Source: an uncultured Prochlorococcus sp.
GTDB taxonomy: Bacteria > Cyanobacteriota > Cyanobacteriia > PCC-6307 > Cyanobiaceae
Assembly (NCBI GenBank): GCA_902572075.1
Contig: CACGER010000005.1
Span: 5,590 to 69,589 of the forward strand
DNA length: 64,000 nt
Reading direction: 5' to 3'
The notes beneath the pieces are model-generated. The model ran no database searches. It had not been told where the DNA came from and saw only the letters and a list, made by a program, of their open reading frames with translations. Of this stretch, positions 1 through 9,921 are shown in pieces; the first letter of the stretch is position 1, and each line of letters starts with the position of its first letter. The position numbers and the translations under genes were made by a program.

Positions 1-311
1 TAGAGAGAAGTGCACTAAATAATGTTCTGAAAAAAAGATTAATTGATTCATTCAGGATTTATGAACAAAATACTGGCCATTGGAGTTGGTGGGATTACCG
101 TAACAACGCATTTGAATTAAATAAAGGTTGGAGGATAGACCATATATATATCAGCAAAGAACTGTCATCAAAGCTTAAGAGTTGTGTCATAGACAGCTCC
201 CCGAGAGGTAATTTGCGTCCTAGTGATCATGCACCAGTAATGATAGATCTTAACTTAAACGAAATAAATACAGATTTTTTTGAGGATGAGGATAATTTCT
301 TCGAAATATAA
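1..311 (+). CDS. xthA: Exodeoxyribonuclease III, 3' part (truncated by window start)
   Basis: Hand translation of frame 3 gives ...WSWWDYRNNAFELNKGWRIDHIY...SDHAPV..., the ExoIII/AP-endonuclease C-terminal motifs; TAA at 309-311. Not in the ORF track. Confidence 0.92.
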   Translation, partial: ERSALNNVLKKRLIDSFRIYEQNTGHWSWWDYRNNAFELNKGWRIDHIYISKELSSKLKSCVIDSSPRGNLRPSDHAPVMIDLNLNEINTDFFEDEDNFFEI

Positions 312-467
312 ATAAAAATAAATTGAATTTCTTTAATGCTTGAAAACGCTTATTAATAAAGAGTTATCTAAAGTAAAAATTGTTTTTTATCATGATTTCA
401 TTAAAATTAATAATTTACAATCCAAACTATCGCAATAAAAATATCATAATGTAGAATTTCAATCTGA

Positions 468-496
468 TTGACAAAATTTTTACTTATTTCTAATTT
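468..496 (+). promoter_or_regulatory. Putative sigma70 promoter of hemL
   Basis: TTGACA (468-473), 17-nt spacer, TAATTT (491-496), about 45 nt upstream of the hemL start. Confidence 0.45.
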
Positions 497-539
497 AGAA
501 CATGACTAGATTTTTCTTAAAACATCATTTATATAAATT

Positions 540-1841
540 GTGACTGAAATATTAAATTACGCAAAATCAGAAGAAATTTTTTCTGCTGCCCAACAACTAA
601 TGCCAGGAGGAGTAAGCTCTCCAGTAAGAGCTTTTAAGTCGGTAGGAGGTCAGCCAATTGTTTTTGATAGAGTCAAAGGTCCTTTTGCTTGGGATATTGA
701 TGGAAATAGATATATTGACTATATAGGAAGCTGGGGACCTGCTATATGTGGGCATGCACACCCTGAAGTCATAACTGCATTACAGGAAGCAATTGAGAAA
801 GGTACTAGCTTTGGGGCTCCATGCGTTCTAGAGAACCAACTTGCTGAAATGGTAATAGATGCAGTGCCATCTGTAGAAATGGTTAGATTTGTCAATAGTG
901 GGACTGAAGCATGCATGGCTGTTTTGAGACTTATGCGAGCATTTACCGGAAGAGATAAAGTTATTAAATTTGATGGTTGTTATCACGGTCATGCAGATAT
1001 GTTTTTAGTAAAAGCAGGTTCAGGTGTAGCCACTCTTGGTTTACCAGATTCTCCAGGTGTTCCACGGACAACAACTGCCAACACACTTACTGCTCCCTAC
1101 AATGACCTTGAAGCAGTAAAAAAATTATTTTCTGAAAATCCTGATGCCATTTCGGGGGTTATTCTTGAGCCTATCGTGGGTAATGCCGGATTTATTACTC
1201 CAGAACCTGGATTTTTGGAAGGATTAAGGGAATTAACCACCGAGAATGGATCCTTATTAGTTTTTGACGAAGTAATGACTGGATTCAGAATAAGTTATGG
1301 AGGAGCTCAAGAAAAATTTGGTGTTACTCCTGATTTAACAACCCTTGGTAAAGTAATTGGTGGAGGCCTACCTGTTGGAGCTTATGGAGGCAAGAAAGAA
1401 ATAATGTCAATGGTAGCCCCTTCAGGACCGGTATACCAAGCAGGCACTTTGAGCGGCAATCCACTCGCAATGACTGCTGGAATAAAAACTCTTGAACTGC
1501 TTAAACAAGATGGTACTTACGATAAACTTGATTCAACAACTTCTAGATTAATTGAAGGAATAATTCAGTCTGCAGAAAATAACGGTATTGCTATTAACGG
1601 TGGAAGTGTAAGCGCTATGTTTGGATTTTTCTTATGCGATGGCCCAGTTAGGAACTTTGATGAAGCCAAAACAAATGATGCCGAACTTTTTGGTAAGTTG
1701 CATAGAGAAATGCTTCGACGAGGAATTTACCTAGCGCCAAGCCCCTTTGAAGCTGGTTTTACATCACTAGCTCACACCGAAGAAGAAATTGATAAAACTA
1801 TTGAAGCTTTTGACGAATCTTTTAATGCAATTAAAAAATGA
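540..1841 (+). CDS. hemL: Glutamate-1-semialdehyde 2,1-aminomutase
   Basis: [26 protein letters not shown] and [10 protein letters not shown] (PLP lysine) motifs. Confidence 0.98.
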   Translation: MTEILNYAKSEEIFSAAQQLMPGGVSSPVRAFKSVGGQPIVFDRVKGPFAWDIDGNRYIDYIGSWGPAICGHAHPEVITALQEAIEKGTSFGAPCVLENQLAEMVIDAVPSVEMVRFVNSGTEACMAVLRLMRAFTGRDKVIKFDGCYHGHADMFLVKAGSGVATLGLPDSPGVPRTTTANTLTAPYNDLEAVKKLFSENPDAISGVILEPIVGNAGFITPEPGFLEGLRELTTENGSLLVFDEVMTGFRISYGGAQEKFGVTPDLTTLGKVIGGGLPVGAYGGKKEIMSMVAPSGPVYQAGTLSGNPLAMTAGIKTLELLKQDGTYDKLDSTTSRLIEGIIQSAENNGIAINGGSVSAMFGFFLCDGPVRNFDEAKTNDAELFGKLHREMLRRGIYLAPSPFEAGFTSLAHTEEEIDKTIEAFDESFNAIKK

Positions 1842-1889
1842 TCATTTACTTGTCACTCCTTAAAAGAAATTAAGTAAATTATTAAATAG

Positions 1890-1910
1890 TTTAGAAAGAT
1901 CTTTTCTAAA
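1890..1910. terminator. Possible bidirectional hairpin between convergent hemL and SPFH genes
   Basis: TTTAGAAA-gatct-TTTCTAAA, an 8-bp AT-rich inverted repeat. Confidence 0.25.
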
Positions 1911-1913
1911 AAA

Positions 1914-2717
1914 TTATCTTCTACCACCAACTATTACTGGGGGAGTACCTCCTTCTGAACCTGGCAAGCCAGGAACAACCTGTGTACTTCCATCCCATTT
2001 GTCAAGAAATAATTTGAAAAGTACTTGATCGTCGAGACTTCTATTCAATGTCTCATATCTAAGTGCTTCTTGTTCAGCAATTTCAACTTCAGTCTTTGCT
2101 CTTAGTAATTGTTGACCAGCTATTTGCTTTTGTTCAATCGCAGCTCTATATTCTTCTGCTATCTCTAATCCAGTAAGATCTAAACTTTTGACATCAACGT
2201 AATCAAATGAATTCAATTCTTTTGCAACGGTGTCACCTACTTTTTCAGAAATTACTGCAAATTCAGTAGCTATTGTTTCTAGCTCATATTGAGAAAAGAC
2301 TGATTTTAAAGCTTTAAGCAAAGATGGCTGAACAATTTTCTGATAAACATCGCTATTTCTGCTTGCAATTGTTGAGAAGATCCTTCCTGCCTCATTAGGT
2401 TTTACCGAATACTTAACTGTAGCTGTAGCCCTAATAACTTGGAGATCTTTAGTTAGCGTTTCAAATTTTTCTGGTTGAACTTGGGTTTTTATATCAAATG
2501 GATATACGGACTGGATAAATGGAAGTTTAAAGTTTAAACCTGCTCTCCTAGAGGGGCCACTTACTTTCCCTAGTGTTGTGACAACTGCAACTTGTCCGGA
2601 AGGCACAACAAATAATGATTGGGTGAGCAAAAGAAAACCAGTAAAAGATAATACAATTAATAATGTTGCTGTCCCACCGGGTCCTGTTGGTGTGACATTT
2701 TTAAAGGATGTTGACAT
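1914..2717 (-). CDS. SPFH/Band 7/prohibitin family membrane protein
   Basis: N-terminal TM helix, GLNFKLPFIQ, TKDLQ, AIEQKQIA coiled coil, KWDG motif. Confidence 0.9.
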   Translation of the reverse strand: MSTSFKNVTPTGPGGTATLLIVLSFTGFLLLTQSLFVVPSGQVAVVTTLGKVSGPSRRAGLNFKLPFIQSVYPFDIKTQVQPEKFETLTKDLQVIRATATVKYSVKPNEAGRIFSTIASRNSDVYQKIVQPSLLKALKSVFSQYELETIATEFAVISEKVGDTVAKELNSFDYVDVKSLDLTGLEIAEEYRAAIEQKQIAGQQLLRAKTEVEIAEQEALRYETLNRSLDDQVLFKLFLDKWDGSTQVVPGLPGSEGGTPPVIVGGRR

Positions 2718-2826
2718 TAAATTTATGCTTTTAGTTAATCATATTTAAATAGCCTAATTAGTGCATTATTAAGACATTTAATTAAAATAATTTTTTAATA
2801 ATTGTGAATTTAAATATAAATTTTAA

Positions 2827-3036
2827 TTAGTAAACAATTGATTTAAATTTTTGCAAAAGTTCTAAATAAAGATCCTCATCTATCTCCCTAATATCATATT
2901 CAGAGGGTAATACACCATGCTTATGCTCATGTACCGCCATCCAACAAAATTTCTCTATTTCATCTTTTGAAAAACGAGGGTATTCTTTTACATTCTCAAT
3001 CAATGAGTTAATAAGAGATTTTGAATAATCTGCCAT
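2827..3036 (-). CDS. Small hypothetical protein (69 aa)
   Basis: ATG start 26 nt after the yajQ stop, same strand; protein-like composition (CWMAVHEHKHG). Confidence 0.7.
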   Translation of the reverse strand: MADYSKSLINSLIENVKEYPRFSKDEIEKFCWMAVHEHKHGVLPSEYDIREIDEDLYLELLQKFKSIVY

Positions 3037-3062
3037 ATTTTAAAATAATCTTATTAGAGATT

Positions 3063-3560
3063 TTATCTAAAGTTATTAGCTTTTAGAGGAATATTCAAAG
3101 ACTCCTCCAACTCACCAACAAGCTTAATTGCCAATTGAAGATCATTTTTGCTCTTACTGGCAACTCTGAGTGTTTCTCCATTGATGCTGACATTGATTTT
3201 TTTAATTTGATCTCTAATATTTTTACTGATTTTTTTTGCTATTTCTTGTTTAATTCCTTGTTTTAATAAAATTGTCTGTTTAATTCTGTTACCACTAACT
3301 ATTTCAATATCACCGTAATCAAATATTTTTAAGGATAAGTTTCTTTTTATTGCCTTTTGTCTAATTATGTCATTGACAGCATTCAAAGTAAGTTCGCTAT
3401 TGGTGATTATAAAAATATTTTCCTTCTCTAAATCAACTGAAGTATCGGTGCCTTTCAAATCGTAACGCTGAGAAATTTCCCTTTTAACTTGATCCAAAGT
3501 ATTGACTAATTCTTGTCTATCAAAATCAGAAACTACATCAAATGAAAAACTTTCTGCCAT
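3063..3560 (-). CDS. yajQ: YajQ family nucleotide (c-di-GMP)-binding protein
   Basis: SFDVVS-D-QELVN, RYDLKGT, LRVASKSKNDLQ and C-terminal NFR are typical of YajQ. Confidence 0.93.
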   Translation of the reverse strand: MAESFSFDVVSDFDRQELVNTLDQVKREISQRYDLKGTDTSVDLEKENIFIITNSELTLNAVNDIIRQKAIKRNLSLKIFDYGDIEIVSGNRIKQTILLKQGIKQEIAKKISKNIRDQIKKINVSINGETLRVASKSKNDLQLAIKLVGELEESLNIPLKANNFR

Positions 3561-3626
3561 AGTAAATTATTAAACGCTAAATATTATTAGCATAAATCAT
3601 CTTTTAATAAGGGGAAATGGGTTAAT

Positions 3627-4139
3627 TTAATCAAAAAATAACAAACTAACCACTTTGCCCATTTCTTCAGCACACCTACAACTATTAAGCAAAGTTTCAC
3701 TATCGTGAAAGGCGAAGCATATTAATTGATCGCACCTAGTAATAATTTCTTGATTACAAAGACTACTTGCAAGTGGCAAAGGTAATTCATCATTTTCACT
3801 TTTCTCAACCAAATGCATAACCCTCTCAAGTTGATCCTTTATTTCGGGTATTTGTTTGTCAAGACTTTGTGGTAATAAAACAGTTAATAATGATGGATTA
3901 ATATCTAAGACAGCTCGAATAACAGCTGCATTAACACCTTGAGATCCAGACGTAAGGATGTTGTGTCCTTCCTCTGCTAAAGACCTTGCTATCAACTCAA
4001 TTAAGTGGATATCTACAACCGGTACGTGTCTACTACCTAAAAAAGCAATTCTCCTTTTCCCATTATCTTGGAGTTTTGCAAGTTCTTGAGCTAAGGCATC
4101 AACACCTTCTGTTGCTGGTAGATCTAAAGAGCGACTCAA
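3627..4139 (-). CDS. DprA/Smf-like (SLOG fold) 'DNA recombination-mediator A' protein
   Basis: IAFLGSR and TSGSQGVNAAV match the DprA/SLOG core; at 170 aa it lacks the SAM and C-terminal DprA domains. Confidence 0.75.
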   Translation of the reverse strand: MSRSLDLPATEGVDALAQELAKLQDNGKRRIAFLGSRHVPVVDIHLIELIARSLAEEGHNILTSGSQGVNAAVIRAVLDINPSLLTVLLPQSLDKQIPEIKDQLERVMHLVEKSENDELPLPLASSLCNQEIITRCDQLICFAFHDSETLLNSCRCAEEMGKVVSLLFFD

Positions 4140-4164
4140 AATAATAAAGTTCCTATATTTGAAA

Positions 4165-5274
4165 TTAGCATTTATCTGAAAAATTGCAGGGAAAATCTAT
4201 CTTTTCGAGAATTCTTTTTAGATTTACATGCTCCTGAACTAGTTGAATAGCATAAGAAGCTTTAATTGATTCATGTATTCTGACATGCCCAAAAGCTTGT
4301 TCAATAATTTCAACGGATGAAAGAGTATCTAGTTCTACCTTTAAAATTGGCACCTCCAATTCCTCCGCTCTATGAATCAATTGTGACAAGGGATCTCCTA
4401 AACCAGTTAAAATTAAGCATTGAGTCGAAGCCTCCAAAGCAGCAAGTTGGATATCAGTTCTATCAGCTCCTGTAACTACAGCCATATTTCGTCTTCTCCT
4501 GAAAAATTCCATTGCAGAATTCACCCCCATTGCACCAATACTTAATGTTTCAACAAGTAATTGATCTTTTTCAGGGCAACAAATTACTTGGGCATCTAGT
4601 CTTCTTACAAGCTCACCTACGGTGACACTTCTAAGAAGTGGTGATTTAGGCATAACTCCAAAAACTTCAATATCCAGATCTTTAAGAGAGGGTATTATTT
4701 CATTTTTAACTTTTTCGACTTCTTGCGGCAACACTCCGTTTAATACAACTCCAGCCAATTTCTCACCTAATTGTTTCTTCGCATCAAGTAATGCATCCAC
4801 ACTTTTACAATCCTCCCATAAATTCACAATTAAAACTTTCGCATCTAAATCCTTAGCTAGTTGTGGGAGACTTAAGCCATAAATCATGCCCTCATGAAGA
4901 CTCCCGGCTGCCTCTAAAATATTCAGCCCTTCAAAATCATCATTAACCAATCCTTTAATCTGATCAAAACTTTTTCCTGGGAGTAAGTCTTTGTTAAAGA
5001 TTCTTTTTTCAGCTGATATATTATCCAATAATCCTACTGAAGAGATTAAATACTCCTCTTCGATATTCAAGGTAGATCCAATAAACTTAACATCATCATC
5101 TATTAATCCTTCATAAGAAATTGACGGAAGATTAGTAAGTTCAATACATGTTGCTAACGGTTTTCCTATGCGTACTTTTTTTTTCTGCTGTAAAAGATTT
5201 TTTGCTATACCCAGAACCATTGCAGACTTTCCACTAAATGGCTCGCATGAACCAATCAATAATATATCGCTCAT
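4165..5274 (-). CDS. Phosphotransacetylase N-terminal-like protein (BioD-like P-loop + DRTGG domain)
   Basis: SGKS P-loop, GKPL, VVTGADRTDIQLAAL DRTGG domain; no PTA catalytic domain. Confidence 0.85.
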   Translation of the reverse strand: MSDILLIGSCEPFSGKSAMVLGIAKNLLQQKKKVRIGKPLATCIELTNLPSISYEGLIDDDVKFIGSTLNIEEEYLISSVGLLDNISAEKRIFNKDLLPGKSFDQIKGLVNDDFEGLNILEAAGSLHEGMIYGLSLPQLAKDLDAKVLIVNLWEDCKSVDALLDAKKQLGEKLAGVVLNGVLPQEVEKVKNEIIPSLKDLDIEVFGVMPKSPLLRSVTVGELVRRLDAQVICCPEKDQLLVETLSIGAMGVNSAMEFFRRRRNMAVVTGADRTDIQLAALEASTQCLILTGLGDPLSQLIHRAEELEVPILKVELDTLSSVEIIEQAFGHVRIHESIKASYAIQLVQEHVNLKRILEKIDFPCNFSDKC

Positions 5275-5424
5275 AATAAATAAAGTTTACCAATAGGTTT
5301 AAGATAATATTTTTTTAGAACTAAACAAATATTTATTTATGAGTTTTAATCAAATAAGAAAATAAAGAATTTTTTTTTGGTAAATTTATTTTAATTATTT
5401 GGTATCTCATAAAAATCAAGCAAA

Positions 5425-6144
5425 ATGATAAATTCAATCAATAAAGGAAAAACTATAGGGATTACAGGAGCCTCAGGTGCGCTAGGAAAAGAATTAACAA
5501 AGTTATTTCGTCAAAAAGGATATAGAGTGATTGGATTTACTCATAGTAAAAGTAATTATGAAATAAATCTTGAGTCACCAAATGAATGGATTAAATGGGA
5601 ATGTGGGAAGGAGTCTTCATTAAAAAAACAATTAGAAAACATAGACATTTTAATTTTAAACCATGGTATCTATGATTTGAGTAGAGAAAATTCCAATTAT
5701 GAAAACTCAATAGAGATAAATGCATTAAGCAAATTCAAATTTTTAAATTTATTTGAAGATATTGCTCTAAGTAATGATTCACAAATAAAAAAAGAGATTT
5801 GGATAAATACATCTGAAGCAGAAATATTACCTGCCCTAAATCCGTCATATGAGATTAGTAAATCGCTTATTGGTCAATTAGTTTCTTTCAAAAAGAATCT
5901 TCTAGACAAAAATACAAAGAATAAATTAATAATTAAAAAAATCATCTTAGGGCCATTTAAATCAGAATTGAATCCTCTCGGAATAATGAGTCCCAAATTT
6001 GTTTCTAAAAAAATTTATGATTTAGCCAATTCAAAAAATTATTTAGTAATAATTAGTCCAAACCCTTTAACCTATATGCTTTTCCCATTGAAAGAATTTT
6101 TTAATTTTTTGTATTGCCAAATTATCTATAGGTATAAATCTTAG
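5425..6144 (+). CDS. SDR family NAD(P)-dependent oxidoreductase
   Basis: ITGASGALG Rossmann motif, LNHG, YEISK (YxxxK). Confidence 0.85.
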   Translation: MINSINKGKTIGITGASGALGKELTKLFRQKGYRVIGFTHSKSNYEINLESPNEWIKWECGKESSLKKQLENIDILILNHGIYDLSRENSNYENSIEINALSKFKFLNLFEDIALSNDSQIKKEIWINTSEAEILPALNPSYEISKSLIGQLVSFKKNLLDKNTKNKLIIKKIILGPFKSELNPLGIMSPKFVSKKIYDLANSKNYLVIISPNPLTYMLFPLKEFFNFLYCQIIYRYKS

Positions 6145-6147
6145 TTT

Positions 6148-6987
6148 CTAGAAATCTCTATCTGTCAATATTTCAATACCATCTTTTAAAACAACTATTG
6201 TATGCTCCCATTGGGCCGATAGTTTTCCATCTTTTGTTATTACGGTCCATCTATCATTTAGTGTTTTGCAAAATTTAGTCCCTTCATTAACAATAGGTTC
6301 CACCGCTAATGTCATTCCTTCTCGAAGGACGACGTTGGGCAATTCTTTGGTCCGAAAATTAAAGACCGATGGTTCTTCATGAAGATTTCTTCCAACCCCA
6401 TGACCTGTATAGTCTTCTACAACACTAAAACCATTTTTCACAACAATGTCTTCGATTTCCCCAGCCACATCTAGAAGTGTATTCCCTGCCTTGATTTTCG
6501 AAAGTCCCGCATACAATGCTTTATATGCTACGTCGGAAAGTTTTTGAGCCTTTGGACTAACTTCGCCTACACAAATTGATATACAGCTATCTCCATGAAA
6601 ACCATCTAAATATGCACCTGTATCAATTTTAACCAAGTCACCATTTTTAATTATTTTATTTTTACTTGGAATCCCGTGGACAACCTCATTATTAATACTA
6701 GAACAAATACTAGAAGGGAATCCATGGTAGCCCTTGAAACTTGGCACAGCTCCAAAACTTTTTATCCTCTTTTCGGCGAAATCATCTAAATCTTTTGTAC
6801 TCATTCCAGGTTGAATTAAGTCATTAATTTCCCTCAAAACAGTTGCTACAATCTTGCTGGATTTTTTCATCAAATTTATTTCCCGTGAAGACTTTATTTC
6901 GATTCCTCTTCTTCTCTGAATAAAAGGAACTTGATCATTAGCTTTGGAATTATTTTTATTTAATAAAAGATCTGCAAAATGTCTCAT
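6148..6987 (-). CDS. map: Methionine aminopeptidase type I
   Basis: [25 protein letters not shown] and QWEHT motifs. Confidence 0.97.
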   Translation of the reverse strand: MRHFADLLLNKNNSKANDQVPFIQRRRGIEIKSSREINLMKKSSKIVATVLREINDLIQPGMSTKDLDDFAEKRIKSFGAVPSFKGYHGFPSSICSSINNEVVHGIPSKNKIIKNGDLVKIDTGAYLDGFHGDSCISICVGEVSPKAQKLSDVAYKALYAGLSKIKAGNTLLDVAGEIEDIVVKNGFSVVEDYTGHGVGRNLHEEPSVFNFRTKELPNVVLREGMTLAVEPIVNEGTKFCKTLNDRWTVITKDGKLSAQWEHTIVVLKDGIEILTDRDF

Positions 6988-7082
6988 TGGAATAAATAAT
7001 AGTAATAGGTAAATATCTTCAAAATAGCCTTTATGTTCTTGGCTACCTTAAATCTATCAATAACAATTGGAAAGAAACAAAA

Positions 7083-7391
7083 ATGAAAACATTATTTAAT
7101 TCTAGGCAATTTCATAAGGCTTTGGCGCCCTGGGTTTTTCTTCCATTATTTATATCTTCAATTACTGGTCTTCTATATAGGGTTTCAAAAGATTTACTAG
7201 GTTACTCTAGAGAACAAGTTCATTGGTTAATGTCTCTCCATGAGGGCGAATGGCTTGGAGATAATGGAGAACTTATATACGTAATGTTGAATTCCCTTGG
7301 AGTTTTATGGATGCTCGTAACAGGATTCCAAATGTTTTCAAAAACAATTTCATTTACCAAAAAGGTTACTAAAGGCGAGTCAAAAGGTTAA
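7083..7391 (+). CDS. PepSY-associated TM helix protein
   Basis: RQFHK..P..P...TG and LMSLHEG motifs with two hydrophobic helices. Confidence 0.7.
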   Translation: MKTLFNSRQFHKALAPWVFLPLFISSITGLLYRVSKDLLGYSREQVHWLMSLHEGEWLGDNGELIYVMLNSLGVLWMLVTGFQMFSKTISFTKKVTKGESKG

Positions 7392-7423
7392 GATATAGAA
7401 CTTGTAGGACAATAAAGACCAAA

Positions 7424-7894
7424 ATGGCTCAAGAGAAACAAGAGAAGGATCTAGAAACCGGCATTAAAGCTGATGCATCAATTGATGTAGCAGTTGAACA
7501 AAAAGAAAAAAATACGGTTTCTGAGAATAAGCAAACGTTAAGTGCATCCAATCTTATTAAGGAATTTGAGAACGAGCAATTAAAAAAAGAATTACCTGAA
7601 ATATATGTTGGGGACACTGTTAAAGTTGGAGTAAAAATTACTGAAGGTAATAAAGAAAGAGTCCAACCTTATGAAGGCGTTGTCATCGCAAAAAGGCATG
7701 GAGGTATCAACCAAACTATTACAGTTAGAAGAATTTTTCAGGGTATAGGTGTTGAAAGAGTATTTATGCTACATAGTCCACAGGTTGCCTCTCTAAAAGT
7801 TGAACGTAGAGGTAAAGTAAGAAGAGCTAAGTTATTCTATCTTAGAGATAGAGTAGGAAAAGCTACTCGCGTAAAACAACGCTTTGATCGATAA
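7424..7894 (+). CDS. rplS: 50S ribosomal protein L19 (with acidic N-terminal extension)
   Basis: [37 protein letters not shown]. Confidence 0.98.
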   Translation: MAQEKQEKDLETGIKADASIDVAVEQKEKNTVSENKQTLSASNLIKEFENEQLKKELPEIYVGDTVKVGVKITEGNKERVQPYEGVVIAKRHGGINQTITVRRIFQGIGVERVFMLHSPQVASLKVERRGKVRRAKLFYLRDRVGKATRVKQRFDR

Positions 7895-7947
7895 AGTTGT
7901 AAACTATTCAGCTTATTGGTCACAAAGACGCTTATAATCATTTAAAT

Positions 7948-8020
7948 GCGTCGTTAGTTCAGTTGGTAGAACGCAGGTCTCCAAAACCTGATGTCGGGGG
8001 TTCAAGTCCTCCACGACGCG
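7948..8020 (+). tRNA. trnW: tRNA-Trp (CCA)
   Basis: Acceptor stem GCGTCGT/ACGACGC, D-arm AGTTGGTAGA, anticodon arm CAGGT-CTCCAAA-ACCTG, T-loop GTTCAAGTCC; no encoded CCA end; TATAAT at 7933-7938. Confidence 0.97.
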
Positions 8021-8055
8021 TTTGATCAACATTATGTAAATCATTTTTTCATAAA

Positions 8056-8250
8056 ATGGAGTTAGATCTTCAACCTGGGGACGTAGTTAAAGTCCTAGAA
8101 TCAGCAGCTTTAGGATGGGTTCGTGCAAGAGTTATCAGAGTTAAGTCTGGTGGGAGAGTTGTCGTACAAAGTGACCAAGGCAGAGAATTTACTGCTAGAG
8201 GCAATCAAGTTAGGTTGATAGAACCTGCTGGTTTTAGACCTCAAAAATAA
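8056..8250 (+). CDS. Prochlorococcus/Synechococcus hyper-conserved protein (PSHCP/Hcp, Tudor-like)
   Basis: MELDLQPGDVVKVLESAALGWVRARVIRVKSGGRVVVQSDQGREFTARGNQVRLIEPAGFRP, recognised together with its known rplS-trnW / trnD-gltX context. Confidence 0.9.
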   Translation: MELDLQPGDVVKVLESAALGWVRARVIRVKSGGRVVVQSDQGREFTARGNQVRLIEPAGFRPQK

Positions 8251-8399
8251 ATAGTTGTTTATACTAATTCAGTTGAAAAACTAATTATTTCTGTAAATCC
8301 TCAAATTAATAAATTTTTTTTATTACAACCCCATTAATTAAGTATTATGATCTGATAATTTTAAGAATGAAGTTCTAAATAAATTTAGAACAAAACTCT

Positions 8400-8473
8400 G
8401 GGACCGTAGTTCAACTGGTTAGAGCACCGCCCTGTCACGGCGGAAGTTGCGGGTTCGAATCCCGTCGGTCCCG
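8400..8473 (+). tRNA. trnD: tRNA-Asp (GTC)
   Basis: Acceptor stem GGGACCG/CGGTCCC, anticodon arm CCGCC-CTGTCAC-GGCGG, T-loop GTTCGAATCC; no encoded CCA end. Confidence 0.97.
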
Positions 8474-8490
8474 TTTTTTCTAAAAAAAAT

Positions 8491-9921
8491 TTGGAAAAAC
8501 GTTTAAGACTAGCCCCGAGTCCAACGGGTCTATTTCATATTGGGACAGCGCGAACAGCATTATTCAACTGGTTGTATGCCCAAAAAATAGGTGGGAAATT
8601 TCTCATCAGAATAGAAGATACAGATTTTCTTCGATCTAAATCTGCTTATACAAAAAATATATTAGAGGGCTTAAAATGGCTTGGACTTAAATGGGATGAA
8701 GAACCTATTAAGCAAAGTGACCGAATTTCGATTCACAAAAGCTATATCAAAAAGCTATTGGAATGTGGAGCTGCATATAGGTGCTTTACAACAGAAGATG
8801 AAATATCTGAATTAAGAGCAGAACAAAAAAAGAAAGGATTACCTCCTAAGCATGACAATAGACACAGAAGTCTTTCAAAGGATGAAATAGAAACATTCAT
8901 ATCCCAAGGGAAGACTTCAGTAATAAGGTTTAAGATTGATGAAAAAGTTGAAATTAAATGGGTAGACCAGATAAGAGGTGAAATTAAATGGCAAGGAAAG
9001 GATTTGGGCGGTGATTTAGTTTTGTCAAGGAGGGCTAAAGGACATGAGATTGGAGATCCTTTGTATAATCTTGCAGTTGTAGTTGATGATAATTTCATGA
9101 ATATTACTCATGTAGTAAGGGGTGAAGATCATATCTCGAACACTGCAAAACAAATATTGATTTACGAAGCATTAAATTTTAATTTGCCAACTTTCTCGCA
9201 TACACCCTTAATACTAAATAGCGAAGGGAAAAAATTATCTAAGAGAGATTGCGTTACTTCAATCGACGAATTTAGAGAAATGGGATATTTACCTGAGGCC
9301 TTATCGAATTATATGGCCTTTTTAGGTTGGTCTCCAAAATCTGCCGACAGAGAAATACTTTCACTTGAAGAGATATCTAAAATTTTTGACTTATCAGAAA
9401 TTAATAAAGCTGGAGCCAAATTCAGTTGGGAAAAACTCAACTGGATTAATTCTCAATATATAAAAAAGATGGAATCAATAAAGTTAATTGAGATCATTAA
9501 GAAATACTGGGATGATAATGGTTGGGAGCCGCCATCTCAAGAATGGGCTTATAAATTGGCAATTTTGATTAGAGAATCTATGATTCTTATAAAAGATTCA
9601 ATTGATCAATCAAGACCATTTTTCTTAATACCTACAATTCAAAAAGAAGGTCAAGATTTTCTGGATAACAGGGATAGCAAATTATCTCTTAAACTAGTCT
9701 TAAATTATTTAATTGAGAAGGATGCTCTAACAATAAATAAAGAGAAAGCCAAAGAAATAATAAACGAAATCTCAAAAAAGCATAATATTAAAAAAGGGAT
9801 ATTAATGAAATCATTAAGAGTAGCCTTTTTTGGATCACTCAGTGGGCCAGATTTAATTCAAAGTTGGGAGCTTTTCGCAGAGAGTAAAACTGATAGAATT
9901 AGAATTGAAAGATGTCTTTAA
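8491..9921 (+). CDS. gltX: Glutamate--tRNA ligase
   Basis: RLAPSPTG.HIGT (HIGH), RIEDTD, RGEDH, KLSKR (KMSKS). Confidence 0.97.
   Translation: MEKRLRLAPSPTGLFHIGTARTALFNWLYAQKIGGKFLIRIEDTDFLRSKSAYTKNILEGLKWLGLKWDEEPIKQSDRISIHKSYIKKLLECGAAYRCFTTEDEISELRAEQKKKGLPPKHDNRHRSLSKDEIETFISQGKTSVIRFKIDEKVEIKWVDQIRGEIKWQGKDLGGDLVLSRRAKGHEIGDPLYNLAVVVDDNFMNITHVVRGEDHISNTAKQILIYEALNFNLPTFSHTPLILNSEGKKLSKRDCVTSIDEFREMGYLPEALSNYMAFLGWSPKSADREILSLEEISKIFDLSEINKAGAKFSWEKLNWINSQYIKKMESIKLIEIIKKYWDDNGWEPPSQEWAYKLAILIRESMILIKDSIDQSRPFFLIPTIQKEGQDFLDNRDSKLSLKLVLNYLIEKDALTINKEKAKEIINEISKKHNIKKGILMKSLRVAFFGSLSGPDLIQSWELFAESKTDRIRIERCL

Noticed and set aside
7948-8473. tRNAs as integration sites for islands or tycheposons
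   Set aside because: No integrase and no duplicated tRNA 3' fragment seen; the flanks are housekeeping genes.
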